From Bdellovibrionales bacterium (GTDB lineage Bacteria > Bdellovibrionota > Bdellovibrionia > Bdellovibrionales > UBA1609): a stretch of 64,000 bases of DNA. Every line of letters begins with the position of its first letter. Position 1 is the stretch's first letter. The notes under the pieces were generated by a model. That model did no database searches and was not told where the DNA came from. It worked only from the letters and a program-made list of their open reading frames with translations. Below are positions 32,926 through 42,109 of this stretch, one piece after another. The stretch is taken from contig JBGSNU010000025.1 in assembly GCA_041739415.1 (NCBI GenBank), positions 130,187 through 194,186 on the forward strand, given 5' to 3'. The translations under genes were made by a program, and so were the position numbers.

Positions 32926-33214
32926 TCTCCTTTTTCTTTCTGTGCTGGGAGGTTGTATCCTGGCACCCACCCCCTATGATGAATACAGTTTGGCTCGTGC
33001 GGCGATGACAGCGGCGCGCGAGGCCGACAGTGCCCAGTATGCTCCTGGTCTTTGGACCAAGGCGGATGAGGCGTATCGAACGGCGCAAAAAGCTTGGGAC
33101 AGTAGCGAGTTTGATGTGGCCCAAAAGTATTTTAAATTGTCGACGGAGTATGCTGAGCGAGCGGAGAATGTAACTCGTCTCAAGAAGTTTCAAACCGGAG
33201 GTGGCGTTCCATGA
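32876..33214 (+). CDS. DUF4398-like lipoprotein
   Basis: Lipobox is SVLGGC. The helical region AREADSAQYAPGLWTKADEAYRTAQKAW...AQKYFKLSTEYAERAE fits the DUF4398 pattern. The start is uncertain: ATG 32876 overlaps pal by 50 nt, and TTG 32906 is an alternative. Confidence 0.55.
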   Translation: MRTQKTVEPILFRWATSLLFLSVLGGCILAPTPYDEYSLARAAMTAAREADSAQYAPGLWTKADEAYRTAQKAWDSSEFDVAQKYFKLSTEYAERAENVTRLKKFQTGGGVP

Positions 33215-33906
33215 GAGCCCTTAATTTTATTTTACTGATCGCACTGACTTTGAATCTGAGTGGCTGTCTCAAAACTCGAGCTGAGCTCGAAGCACAAGAG
33301 TCCGGTGGGCAGCAGCAGCGGCAAACCACCACCCAACAGCGAGAGCAATACAAAGAGAAGGCTCCCGCAACGGCCTATCGTTTTGAAGAGTATGATGAAC
33401 GGATGCGAGACTTTGCCGGCAAGATTGAGGCTGTGGAGTCGCAAAATGCTCAGCTCTACAGTTTGATGAAGGCCGAGCGTGAAGCTGCGGCCAAAGACAA
33501 AGAGATGCAGGGGCAGAAGCTCAAAGCCTACGAAGAAGCTTTGCAAAAATCTGAAGCGGAACTGCAACAGCTCAATGCTCAAGTCGCTGAACTCAAAGCC
33601 AGCTCAACACCCCCGCCAAAGGCCGTCGGAGCGGCGCCCAGTAAGGCTGGCAAGTCCCCCTTTGATGAGGCCGAAGGACTATTCAGCAACAGACAGTGGC
33701 AAGAGGCGGTTGTTATGTATGAGAAGTACCGAGAGCAGTCTCCTAAAGGGAAGAGGTACAGCGAGGCCACTTATAAAATTGGCGTTTGCTTTCAAGAGTT
33801 AGGTTTGAAGGATGAAGCGAAGGCGTTTTTCGATGAGGTGAGTACCAAATTCCCAAAGTCCAAAGAGGCCAAAAAAGCCACGTTTCGCATGAAATCTCTC
33901 CGATGA
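33211..33906 (+). CDS. cpoB: Tol-Pal system protein YbgF/CpoB-like (coiled coil + TPR)
   Basis: Signal or lipoprotein-like N-terminus (LNLSGC), a long coiled coil, and C-terminal TPR-like AEGLFSNRQWQEAVVMYEKY...ATYKIGVCFQELG...AKAFFDEV. It is in pal context. Confidence 0.7.
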   Translation: MRALNFILLIALTLNLSGCLKTRAELEAQESGGQQQRQTTTQQREQYKEKAPATAYRFEEYDERMRDFAGKIEAVESQNAQLYSLMKAEREAAAKDKEMQGQKLKAYEEALQKSEAELQQLNAQVAELKASSTPPPKAVGAAPSKAGKSPFDEAEGLFSNRQWQEAVVMYEKYREQSPKGKRYSEATYKIGVCFQELGLKDEAKAFFDEVSTKFPKSKEAKKATFRMKSLR

Positions 33907-34937
33907 TTTTAGCCATCGAGACGAGCTGCGACGACACGTCCGTTGCCGTTCTCGATGCGCAGGGTGTAGTTTTGGCAATGCGCTCAGCCCACCAAGATGA
34001 CTCACATAGACCGTTTGGTGGAGTGGTGCCTGAGGTCGCTAGCCGACGTCACAGTGAAGTTCTGTTGCCAACCTTAGAGGCCACATTGGGCGAGGCGAGT
34101 GTCGATTGGCCGCAAATCAAGGGTCTAGCGGTGACCGCGCGGCCCGGACTGATCGGCTCATTGCTTGTGGGATTGGTGACTGCCAAGACATTAAGTTTAG
34201 TGCATGGGATTCCATTTGTTGGAGTGAATCATATCGAGGGGCATCTGGTTGCGGCCCTACTGCGTGACAAAACCTATGCGCCTCCACCGGGCTTTGACTT
34301 TCCTTACCTTGGCTTAGCCGTGAGTGGTGGGCACACCCATTTGTTTATTTGTGAGGCTCCTGGGCGCTACCGGCTGATCGGGCAAACTGTGGACGATGCC
34401 GCCGGTGAAGCCTTTGATAAATTTGCCAAGATGTTGCGCTTGGGCTTTCCGGGAGGAGTAGCTGTAGACCGGGCAGCTGCTGGCGGAGATGTGGCGGCTT
34501 TTCATTTTCCGAGAGCTATGCAGGGCGACTCTGGCTTTAATTTTAGCTTTTCAGGTTTGAAGACTGCGGCACAGCGGACACTCTCGGAACTGAGTGAAGA
34601 GCAACAGACAAACCGAAGGGCAGACCTATGTGCCAGCTACCAAGAGGCCATCGTCTCAGTGCTGGTGGATCGAATGGTTCGTGCCTCCAAACAGCACAAA
34701 ATAAAAAATTGGACCGTCACCGGTGGCGTCAGTGCCAACTCTAGACTGCGTTTGAGAATGGCAGAGGTCGCAGCCTCAGCGGGTGCCACTTTGGCTTTGC
34801 CGCCACTTCGATACTGCACGGACAACGCAGCGATGATTGGCTTGGCCGGCCTCTACCGTTTACAAGCCGGTGAAAGTGCGGGGCAGGAGTTGAGTCCGAG
34901 TGCGCGCTCGCTAGTGACAGACTGGACTCACACATGA
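33903..34937 (+). CDS. tsaD: tRNA N6-adenosine threonylcarbamoyltransferase TsaD
   Basis: ILAIETSCDDTSVAV, GVNHIEGH and TGGVSANSRLR. Confidence 0.9.
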   Translation: MILAIETSCDDTSVAVLDAQGVVLAMRSAHQDDSHRPFGGVVPEVASRRHSEVLLPTLEATLGEASVDWPQIKGLAVTARPGLIGSLLVGLVTAKTLSLVHGIPFVGVNHIEGHLVAALLRDKTYAPPPGFDFPYLGLAVSGGHTHLFICEAPGRYRLIGQTVDDAAGEAFDKFAKMLRLGFPGGVAVDRAAAGGDVAAFHFPRAMQGDSGFNFSFSGLKTAAQRTLSELSEEQQTNRRADLCASYQEAIVSVLVDRMVRASKQHKIKNWTVTGGVSANSRLRLRMAEVAASAGATLALPPLRYCTDNAAMIGLAGLYRLQAGESAGQELSPSARSLVTDWTHT

Positions 34938-35743
34938 GCGCGACTTTTGATTTGAAATTGCGATTGGCGCAGATGGGAATAGAGCCCAAAAAAGCCTTTG
35001 GCCAGAATTTTTTGATCAATGAATTTGTGATCAACAAAATTTTGCTGCAGGTGCAAGCCTATAAATATACAGATTTAGTTGAAATTGGTCCAGGTCTTGG
35101 TGCGCTAACCGAGCCGATGTTAAAACTGGGACTTCGACCTCGGTTAATTGAATTGGATCGAGACTTGGTCAAGTATTGGACCGAACGAGACATGCAGGTG
35201 GTTGCGGCCGACGCCTTGCAAATGGATTGGCAAACGCTTGAACTCCAAGCGAACGCCCTATTGGTGAGCAATTTGCCCTACCAGATTTCATCGTCGCTGG
35301 TGATTGAACGGTGTCTAGGGCCAGAGAATTTGCGTTACATGGTATTGATGTTTCAAAAAGAAGTCGCCCAACGGCTTATGGCTCAACCGAGGTCAAAGGA
35401 GTATGGGATGCTCTCGGTGATGGCGCAGCTGCATTTCAAAATGCACAAGGTGAGTGATGCCTCTCCTGGAGATTTTTTTCCACCACCAAAGGTGAGCAGC
35501 CGGGTTCTGGCCTTTGAGAGATTGCCACAGGTCGGGCTGGGACCACGCTTTTTGACCTTTGTGAAGCATGCCTTTGCCTTTCGCCGTAAGTTTTTGTTGA
35601 AAAACCTCCGCAGCGTGGTGGATAAATCTCGATTAGATTCGCTGGGTTCGGCCCTTGCAGAGTGTGGATTGTCAGCTCAGGTGCGGGCTGAGGAGTTGTC
35701 ACCGAACCAATTTGTAGAGCTGTATCGAAAGGTCGAGTTGTGA
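34934..35743 (+). CDS. rsmA: 16S rRNA dimethyladenosine transferase RsmA/KsgA
   Basis: PKKAFGQNFLINEFVINKI, EIGPGLGALT and SNLPYQISS. Confidence 0.9.
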   Translation: MSATFDLKLRLAQMGIEPKKAFGQNFLINEFVINKILLQVQAYKYTDLVEIGPGLGALTEPMLKLGLRPRLIELDRDLVKYWTERDMQVVAADALQMDWQTLELQANALLVSNLPYQISSSLVIERCLGPENLRYMVLMFQKEVAQRLMAQPRSKEYGMLSVMAQLHFKMHKVSDASPGDFFPPPKVSSRVLAFERLPQVGLGPRFLTFVKHAFAFRRKFLLKNLRSVVDKSRLDSLGSALAECGLSAQVRAEELSPNQFVELYRKVEL

Positions 35744-36192
35744 GTATCAAAATAATCACTGAAAACAAAAAGGCGCGCTTTGATTTCGAGATCATCGAGG
35801 TCTATGAGGCAGGGCTGGTTTTGGTCGGGAGTGAAGTGAAGTCGCTTAGGGACTCGCAAGTCTCACTCAAGGACTCCTACATCGCCTTTCGCGGGCATGA
35901 GGCCTTTTTGCAAAAGGCGCATATCAACGTGTACCAGGCATCGAGCTACAACAACCATGAGCCGGAGCGAGTGCGCAAACTGCTGTTGCACGAGCATGAA
36001 CTCACAAAAATTTTTGCGGCCATTACGGAAAAAGGCCTCACCTGCGTCCCACTCAAAATGTACTTCAAAAAAGGCCGAGTGAAGGTCGAGATTGCATTGG
36101 CGCGCGGAAAGAACCGTGGCGATAAACGTCAGGCCGTGAAATCGCGCGAAGCCGATCGCGAGATCCAAAGGACCATGCGCAAGTCGCGCTAA
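35740..36192 (+). CDS. smpB: SsrA-binding protein SmpB
   Basis: NKKARFDFEIIEVYEAGLVLVGSEVKSLR and KLLLHEHEL. 150 aa. Confidence 0.9.
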   Translation: MSIKIITENKKARFDFEIIEVYEAGLVLVGSEVKSLRDSQVSLKDSYIAFRGHEAFLQKAHINVYQASSYNNHEPERVRKLLLHEHELTKIFAAITEKGLTCVPLKMYFKKGRVKVEIALARGKNRGDKRQAVKSREADREIQRTMRKSR

Positions 36193-36274
36193 AAAAAATC
36201 CACTTCTCACATCGGTCCAATTGCAGTTACGCTTTAGGTGCAAGAGTAAGCATACCTTGGCGTGAGGAGCGACT

Positions 36275-36997
36275 GTGCGGTTGAGTCTACGGAATTCTAT
36301 TGTGTTTAGCCTGCCGTTAATTTTTGCAGTCGGCTGTGCCTCGCGCCGTTCAGACACAGCAGCAGACCGTCGACACATTCAACAGTCCCTAGCAGGTGAG
36401 GTTTCACTCAAGGCCGACCGCAGTCACCTCGACAGCTTGAGGCAAGAGATTCCAAAGGATCGCCAACAGGCAAACGATGAGCTCGCACTCTTCTTGCAAA
36501 TGTTATCTAGCACTAAAGACAAGCCAGAGACTTTGCGCACTCGCTTTGCGATGCTTTTGCAAAAACGTCGAACGGCCTTTCGCGGCAAGGTGCAAAAGCT
36601 AAGAGACGAGTTTCGGGATGGTGAGGCCAACCGGCGAGAGGAATTCACGCAAAAGCAACGCGAAGAGCGTGAGGCGCTTACGGAGAGGAAGCCCAAGTCC
36701 GATGAGCTGCGCCGATTCTTCACCGACGCTGAAAAATCGCGCCAAACGTTTTCAAGCGAGCAACGCCTGCGCCGGCAGTCGTTTGAAGAGGAGTTAAACG
36801 CTCAGTTGAAGGACTTCGAGTCGCATATGCGCGATCGAAACAGCGAATTCACCGAGCAAATGCGAATTTACACCAAGGCCTATCAGGAGCAGCAGGCGGA
36901 GCGTAAGAGTAAAAAGACCGTTGAGTTTGAAGGGCAACCGATTGACCTCAAGCCGCTGGACCAATCTCCCAGTCAAACATTGAGCACTGAAGATTAA
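36275..36997 (+). CDS. hypothetical lipoprotein, highly charged coiled coil
   Basis: Lipobox is IFAVGC. Arg/Glu/Lys-rich helical repeats. GTG start. Confidence 0.5.
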   Translation: MRLSLRNSIVFSLPLIFAVGCASRRSDTAADRRHIQQSLAGEVSLKADRSHLDSLRQEIPKDRQQANDELALFLQMLSSTKDKPETLRTRFAMLLQKRRTAFRGKVQKLRDEFRDGEANRREEFTQKQREEREALTERKPKSDELRRFFTDAEKSRQTFSSEQRLRRQSFEEELNAQLKDFESHMRDRNSEFTEQMRIYTKAYQEQQAERKSKKTVEFEGQPIDLKPLDQSPSQTLSTED

Positions 36998-37042
36998 CTG
37001 AAGACTACCAGTGGATTAAGAGAAGCCATACCTCAAGGGTGT

Positions 37043-37933
37043 CTACGCTCGCTTAGGTTTACTGGTGGACTTAGTCGCTGTCGCTTTGGGCGTACGCGAG
37101 GCGCGCTTCGTTTGGAACTTCGGCGCGCGACGAGAGGCACGTGGGCCGGTTTTTAGTTTTTTGAGTTCTTTGTCTTCGACCCTCTTGCGGAAGATTCTAG
37201 CGAGAGCTCCGGTGTCGAGAAAGGCGTACTCGCCCTTGTCGAGATTGCCCAGGGTCAGTTGACCAATGGCGACTCGCTTGAGCTTTTTCACATCAAAACC
37301 AATTTTATTGAACATGTGGCGAACTTGGCGGTTTTTGCCTTCGCCGATGACTATCTTAACCCAGCCATATTTGTCGGAGTCGCCCACTTTAGCGGTCTCC
37401 ACATGCCACGCCTTCACTCGGCCGCCCGGGATGGTGACGCCTCGGAGCAGCTTTTGCAACTGCACTTCAGACGGCTTGCCATCGAGCTTGGCCAAATAGG
37501 TCTTAGGAATCTCCTCTTTCGGATGCATCACCTTTTGGGCAAAATCCCCATCGTTGGTGAGGAGCAGAAGCCCTTCCGTGTCCCAATCCAAGCGACCCAC
37601 TGGAAACACGCGCACTGGCAGTTGCTCCATGTAAGTGGCAACGGTGGGTCGCCCCTCGGGATCATCCATAGTGGTGAGAACGTTCTCAGGTTTATTAAAG
37701 ATCACGTAGATTTTCTGGGTGGGAGGTTTAACCGTCTTGCCCTCAAAGACGACGCGGTCGACCCCTGGCTCGATTCGCACACCAAGCTCAAACACGGTTT
37801 TGCCGTTGACCTGAATTTGGCCCGAATTGATGAGTTCGTCGGCTTTGCGACGGCTGGCCAAACCGCATTCGGCTAGATATTTATTGAGTCGAATCAAGAT
37901 CTCGGTGGCCCGAGCGCCTTTGGGAGATGCCAT
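37043..37933 (-). CDS. rluB: 23S rRNA pseudouridine synthase RluB
   Basis: S4 domain LNKYLAECGLASRRKADELINSGQIQVNGK, catalytic GRLDWDTEGLLLLTNDG, and a basic C-terminal tail. Confidence 0.85.
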   Translation of the reverse strand: MASPKGARATEILIRLNKYLAECGLASRRKADELINSGQIQVNGKTVFELGVRIEPGVDRVVFEGKTVKPPTQKIYVIFNKPENVLTTMDDPEGRPTVATYMEQLPVRVFPVGRLDWDTEGLLLLTNDGDFAQKVMHPKEEIPKTYLAKLDGKPSEVQLQKLLRGVTIPGGRVKAWHVETAKVGDSDKYGWVKIVIGEGKNRQVRHMFNKIGFDVKKLKRVAIGQLTLGNLDKGEYAFLDTGALARIFRKRVEDKELKKLKTGPRASRRAPKFQTKRASRTPKATATKSTSKPKRA

Positions 37934-38852
37934 ATTCCAAATGGGTTATCAAAAGGCTCAGCAGTCTGTCATTGGGAAAAGCAGTTTTCAGGTAAACCCG
38001 CCCCCGATTTAGGGCACGCTCTGCAGTTGCTACATTGTCGGGGTGGGGATTGTTGAGCAACCGATTGGCTCGCTCCAGCTTTGTCACCAAGTCCTGGTAA
38101 TCTGGATCAGATTGCGGGTTGATGAAGTGCCGCTCGAGTCGTTTTAAGCTGGTAAAGAGATCTTGCGTGTCTTGCAATCGGGCTCGAATGAAGGTTTCAA
38201 ACTTTTGCATCATATACCCGCGCGTCACAAGGCCGTGCACGCCCTCGTGGTCCACATAAAAACAATGGGTGGTGAGCAGGCTGCCCTCGAGAATCTGTCG
38301 CACATTCGGCGCAAGTTCGTTGTCGACTGAGTAAAAGAGATGACTGACAGGCGACACCAAGCGGAGTTTAGCCCCCCAAACAAGAGCCATGCTGGGATAA
38401 ACTTTCACTTCAAGATTGCCCGTAGGGGACAAGAGCATCGCCATGATCTGTTGATCCGAAATTTTAATCATTCGAATTTGATCACCAGACTTTTGTCGAG
38501 CCGCGTGTTCGGATTCGACGAGCTCTTGCAAATCGTGAAAGCCCTTTAAGTGAATCAATTGCAACGTGTCTGGATGGCGCAGTTGAGCCCATGCGGCGGC
38601 TTCAGCTTCGGTGAGCATTTGTTTTATGAACTGGCTCACATCGGCTCGTACAGTCTCGCTCAGGGCTTGTGCTTCGTTTTGCCAATGATCGAATTGCAGA
38701 ATACGAGCATAGAACATTTGAATAATTGAAGGCGAAAAGGGGAGTGTCGGCTCCACCACGGACTTTAGAAAATTGTATAGCGCCAAGCGCGCTTGGTTTC
38801 GCTGTGGATCGAGCTTTAAAAGATACTGGGCGAATTGACTCACCGATGCCAT
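37881..38852 (-). CDS. hypothetical protein
   Basis: 323-aa ORF with no motif recognised. Its 3' end overlaps the rluB start by 53 nt. Confidence 0.5.
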   Translation of the reverse strand: MASVSQFAQYLLKLDPQRNQARLALYNFLKSVVEPTLPFSPSIIQMFYARILQFDHWQNEAQALSETVRADVSQFIKQMLTEAEAAAWAQLRHPDTLQLIHLKGFHDLQELVESEHAARQKSGDQIRMIKISDQQIMAMLLSPTGNLEVKVYPSMALVWGAKLRLVSPVSHLFYSVDNELAPNVRQILEGSLLTTHCFYVDHEGVHGLVTRGYMMQKFETFIRARLQDTQDLFTSLKRLERHFINPQSDPDYQDLVTKLERANRLLNNPHPDNVATAERALNRGRVYLKTAFPNDRLLSLLITHLEYGISQRRSGHRDLDSTQ

Positions 38853-38908
38853 ACTCTAACGATAGAGTGACCTTGGTGTCTTCGTCACTTGAAAAAGAGG
38901 ATTCAAGC

Positions 38909-39412
38909 ATGGCTCGTGAATTAAATCGTGAACTTTTCTCTCGGCCCCTTGGAAGCGACGGTGATTCTGGCCTCGCGCCCGTGCAACCGCAAGTCAAAGC
39001 CGAAGAGTTGCGCGTTTTGCACCTGCATATGGAGACGATGTCTCGCCGAATGAAAGAATTTGAGTCGCGAGTCGAGACGATGCACACCAAAGTCGACGAA
39101 GTTGTGGCCCAAAATCGCCAGCGCTTTGAACGGGTGCAGGGACATTTTCAGCGGCAGAATGAGATGTTGCAAATGTCGAACAGCGAGATGCACAACAAAA
39201 TTGCGCAAGTGGTGAGTCGCATGAATGAGCGCAAAGTCTCAGAAAATCTCATTAAAGAGATGGTGGATCGACATGGAGCTGTCGTGCAGGCATTTGAAGT
39301 TCGGTTGTCGCAGTTGCAAAAGGTGATGTCGGAGCAAGAGATGCAGCTCATGCATGCGCGCTCTGAACTCAAACAAGCTCTGCATGAACTGTCCCGTTTG
39401 AAGAAGCTCTAG
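38909..39412 (+). CDS. hypothetical coiled-coil protein
   Basis: Start is taken at ATG 38909, preceded by AAAGAGGA; the track ORF starts at 38726 inside the opposite-strand gene. Heptad-like helical sequence. Confidence 0.5.
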   Translation: MARELNRELFSRPLGSDGDSGLAPVQPQVKAEELRVLHLHMETMSRRMKEFESRVETMHTKVDEVVAQNRQRFERVQGHFQRQNEMLQMSNSEMHNKIAQVVSRMNERKVSENLIKEMVDRHGAVVQAFEVRLSQLQKVMSEQEMQLMHARSELKQALHELSRLKKL

Positions 39413-40206
39413 CGCTCGCGTTCAAAATAGTCGCGGATCATCTGACACATCTGTGAAAATTGATGTGAGCGACCAAAGAGTCCTATTTGCCGAAGGTGAT
39501 CGATCCGAACTTCTCCCGCGACCTCGCCGAATATTTGGGTCTCGCGCTCAATCAGTCCATCACTTAGTTCCGTGAAGTGTTTAAACATTGGGAGTCGGTG
39601 CAAGGTCCTGAGAGGCAAGCACCACTCGTTCGGTGGTGCGGCACAGACAATAGAACCCAAGCTGAGATGTGGAAACAGCTGCACCTCGTCCTCTCCAGTG
39701 AGTCTACCGGCCAAGGTTGAGGGCGTGTACTCCAGCAAAAATTCACGCCTTGTCTCGACGTCGTAGCCGAAGCTCCGCATGAGCCAGTAGGAGCGGGGAT
39801 CAAGCTGTCGGAGAGTGAGGCAAAGTTCGGCTAGTTTGGCGCCTCGGTGAGGTGTTGCAATGGTTAGCAAGCTCTTGATTTTACCGACTGAGGCGGTGTT
39901 TTGCCGCAGAAGTTGCCGCAAGACCAACCGCGCGATCAGTCCACCAGCCGAATGACCGAGAAAGTGCACAGGTGTGTCGGAGCTTTGCCAAGCTGGACTT
40001 TGTGCGAGTTGCTCTAGCGCCCGCTCAGACATTTGATTGAGAGAGCCAACGCCCATTCCCTCAATGGGATGAAAGACCAGACCCTCACGCCCGAGCTCAA
40101 GGCGAAGATGTTGAAACATTGGACCAAAGTTGAGTGGGCCCCACTGCACGTGATCTCGGCCGGCCGTGTTCAGGCCACGAAAGAAAAATACATGCTGCAA
40201 TCTCAT
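39409..40206 (-). CDS. alpha/beta-hydrolase (lipase/esterase-like)
   Basis: Nucleophile elbow GHSAGG (GxSxG) in an alpha/beta-fold-like context. Confidence 0.6.
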   Translation of the reverse strand: MRLQHVFFFRGLNTAGRDHVQWGPLNFGPMFQHLRLELGREGLVFHPIEGMGVGSLNQMSERALEQLAQSPAWQSSDTPVHFLGHSAGGLIARLVLRQLLRQNTASVGKIKSLLTIATPHRGAKLAELCLTLRQLDPRSYWLMRSFGYDVETRREFLLEYTPSTLAGRLTGEDEVQLFPHLSLGSIVCAAPPNEWCLPLRTLHRLPMFKHFTELSDGLIERETQIFGEVAGEVRIDHLRQIGLFGRSHQFSQMCQMIRDYFERER

Positions 40207-40294
40207 CTGCCGATTTTGAGTTGAGCTGCGACCGAAGTCTAGATGCTATTGAGTTTTAAACGCGTGATGCCGATCGAACACATGAGGTGGTGAT

Positions 40295-41155
40295 ATGGGT
40301 TTCGTCGGTATACTTGTCGTCATAATCGGAGTGTTTGGAGGCTACGTTCTTGCGGGCGGTCACCTCTACATCATTTGGCAGCCCTATGAATTCATGATCA
40401 TCTTTGGTGCTGCGTTTGGCGGGTATCTCATCGGTAACCCCATGTCGACAGTAAAAATGGGATTTTCAAAAGCCATACATGCATTGACTGGTAAAGGCGC
40501 CGGCAAAAAAGAATACACCGAGCTATTGCAGCTTCTTTTTCAATTGTTTCAGATCTTTCGCAAAGATGGCCCGCAGGCGGTCGAAAAACACATCGAAGAG
40601 CCAAACTCCTCTGAGATCTTCAAGGCCTATCCCTCTTTTTTAAAAAACCACCATGCCGTAGATTTTCTTTGCGACACGATGAAGATCACGTTGTCTGCCG
40701 ATCTCTCGCAATATGATGTGGATGATTTACTTGATCAAGACATCAAGGTTATGCACGAAGAAGAACACGCCGCCCAACATGCGGTTGCCAACGCCGGTGA
40801 TGGACTCCCAGGTCTGGGGATCGTGGCCGCGGTTTTGGGGATCGTGCATACGATGGGATACCTGGATCAAGGGGCGGAGAAGATCGGTCACCTTGTTGCC
40901 GTCGCTCTTATCGGAACCTTCGTGGGGGTTTTGGCCAACTACGGTTTCGTCGCGCCGATTGCATTGAAAATGAAAAACGATATCGATGTTGAAGGTCGGT
41001 ACCTATCAGTGATCAAAGCTGCACTCGTAGCATTGCAAAGAGGCGCCCCGCCGCTCGTTTGTGTAGAATTCGCACGCCGTTCAATTTATCCCACCGATCG
41101 CCCCACTTTTGAAGAGATGGATACGGCGACTAAAGAAGGCAAGAAGGCGGCATAA
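40295..41155 (+). CDS. motA: flagellar stator protein MotA
   Basis: Four-TM MotA/TolQ/ExbB architecture, a 286-aa length and an adjacent motB. Confidence 0.85.
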   Translation: MGFVGILVVIIGVFGGYVLAGGHLYIIWQPYEFMIIFGAAFGGYLIGNPMSTVKMGFSKAIHALTGKGAGKKEYTELLQLLFQLFQIFRKDGPQAVEKHIEEPNSSEIFKAYPSFLKNHHAVDFLCDTMKITLSADLSQYDVDDLLDQDIKVMHEEEHAAQHAVANAGDGLPGLGIVAAVLGIVHTMGYLDQGAEKIGHLVAVALIGTFVGVLANYGFVAPIALKMKNDIDVEGRYLSVIKAALVALQRGAPPLVCVEFARRSIYPTDRPTFEEMDTATKEGKKAA

Positions 41156-41157
41156 GC

Positions 41158-42051
41158 ATGGCAGAAAAAGCGCCTGTCATTGTCATAAAGAAAATCACCT
41201 ACGCCGGAGCCGGTGGACACGGTGGCTCTTGGAAGGTGGCCTTCGCGGATTTTATGACGGCGATGATGGCATTTTTTCTTTTGATGTGGCTGCTGAATCA
41301 AACGCCTGAGACGAAGAAGAATGTATCGGACTACTTCTCTACACCAAGTGTGATTGAATACAATTTTTCGAACTTCGGCGTTGAATTGACCCTAGAAAAA
41401 CTATTTTTGGACATCACCAATGAGCCGCTAAAGGTTTTGCAAGATTTCATGCAACCGATGGATTATACGCCCAATTTTTTAACAATGGGCTCAAAGAATA
41501 TTGTCATGGCGACGTTGACAGAAGAGCTGGGAGATTTTGCCTCGGGCTTTGAAATCTCGGGCGACACCATCGAAATGAAGTTTCCAGAGAGTAAGCTCTT
41601 TGTGGACGGCACGGCTCAACCTAGAGCTGAGTTCGCGACCATTATGGATCGCCTCAGCAAATTTTCAGCGGGCGTGCAAGATGCAGATATTTATGCAGAC
41701 TCTCGGCTCTATTTAAACAGCATCCCGGGGCAAAGTGCTCGGGTGGGAGAGCAGATTGCCGAAAAGCGGTTGGACCTCGTGCTGTCTCAAATCAATTTAA
41801 AACTTGAACACCAAAGTGTGGACCTGCATCAAAAGTCTGAGGCTGTGCCGGGCGTGCGGCGACAAGACGGTCGACCTGAAGAGGGATTTATTCGCATTCA
41901 GATCAAGCAAAAGGACTTAACCTCAGACGGCAAAAAACCGCGAAAATTTGAACGGGTGCTGGGCAAAGACAACGCCTCCATGGACGTTTACAATAATTTT
42001 GTGAACAAGCTCTCGACCTCCAAAGCCAAAAAACCAGTAGAGGCTCAGTAG
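41158..42051 (+). CDS. motB: flagellar stator protein MotB (divergent C-terminal domain)
   Basis: GGSWKVAFADFMTAMMAFFLLMWLL holds the conserved channel Asp and plug region. The C-terminal OmpA-like region is only weakly recognisable. Confidence 0.75.
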   Translation: MAEKAPVIVIKKITYAGAGGHGGSWKVAFADFMTAMMAFFLLMWLLNQTPETKKNVSDYFSTPSVIEYNFSNFGVELTLEKLFLDITNEPLKVLQDFMQPMDYTPNFLTMGSKNIVMATLTEELGDFASGFEISGDTIEMKFPESKLFVDGTAQPRAEFATIMDRLSKFSAGVQDADIYADSRLYLNSIPGQSARVGEQIAEKRLDLVLSQINLKLEHQSVDLHQKSEAVPGVRRQDGRPEEGFIRIQIKQKDLTSDGKKPRKFERVLGKDNASMDVYNNFVNKLSTSKAKKPVEAQ

Positions 42052-42109
42052 ACTCTACTGCCTTCGCATCTGTTGCTTATTGGGCTCAAGCTCGATACAT
42101 TGCTGGGCG

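Noticed and set aside
36193-36274. tmRNA (ssrA) downstream of smpB.
   Set aside because: The gap is only 82 nt, with no tRNA-like acceptor or T-arm and no tag reading frame.
40209-40216. Sigma28 -10-like GCCGATTT (and GCCGATCG near 40268) upstream of motA.
   Set aside because: No TAAA lies at the required 15-nt spacing for either candidate.
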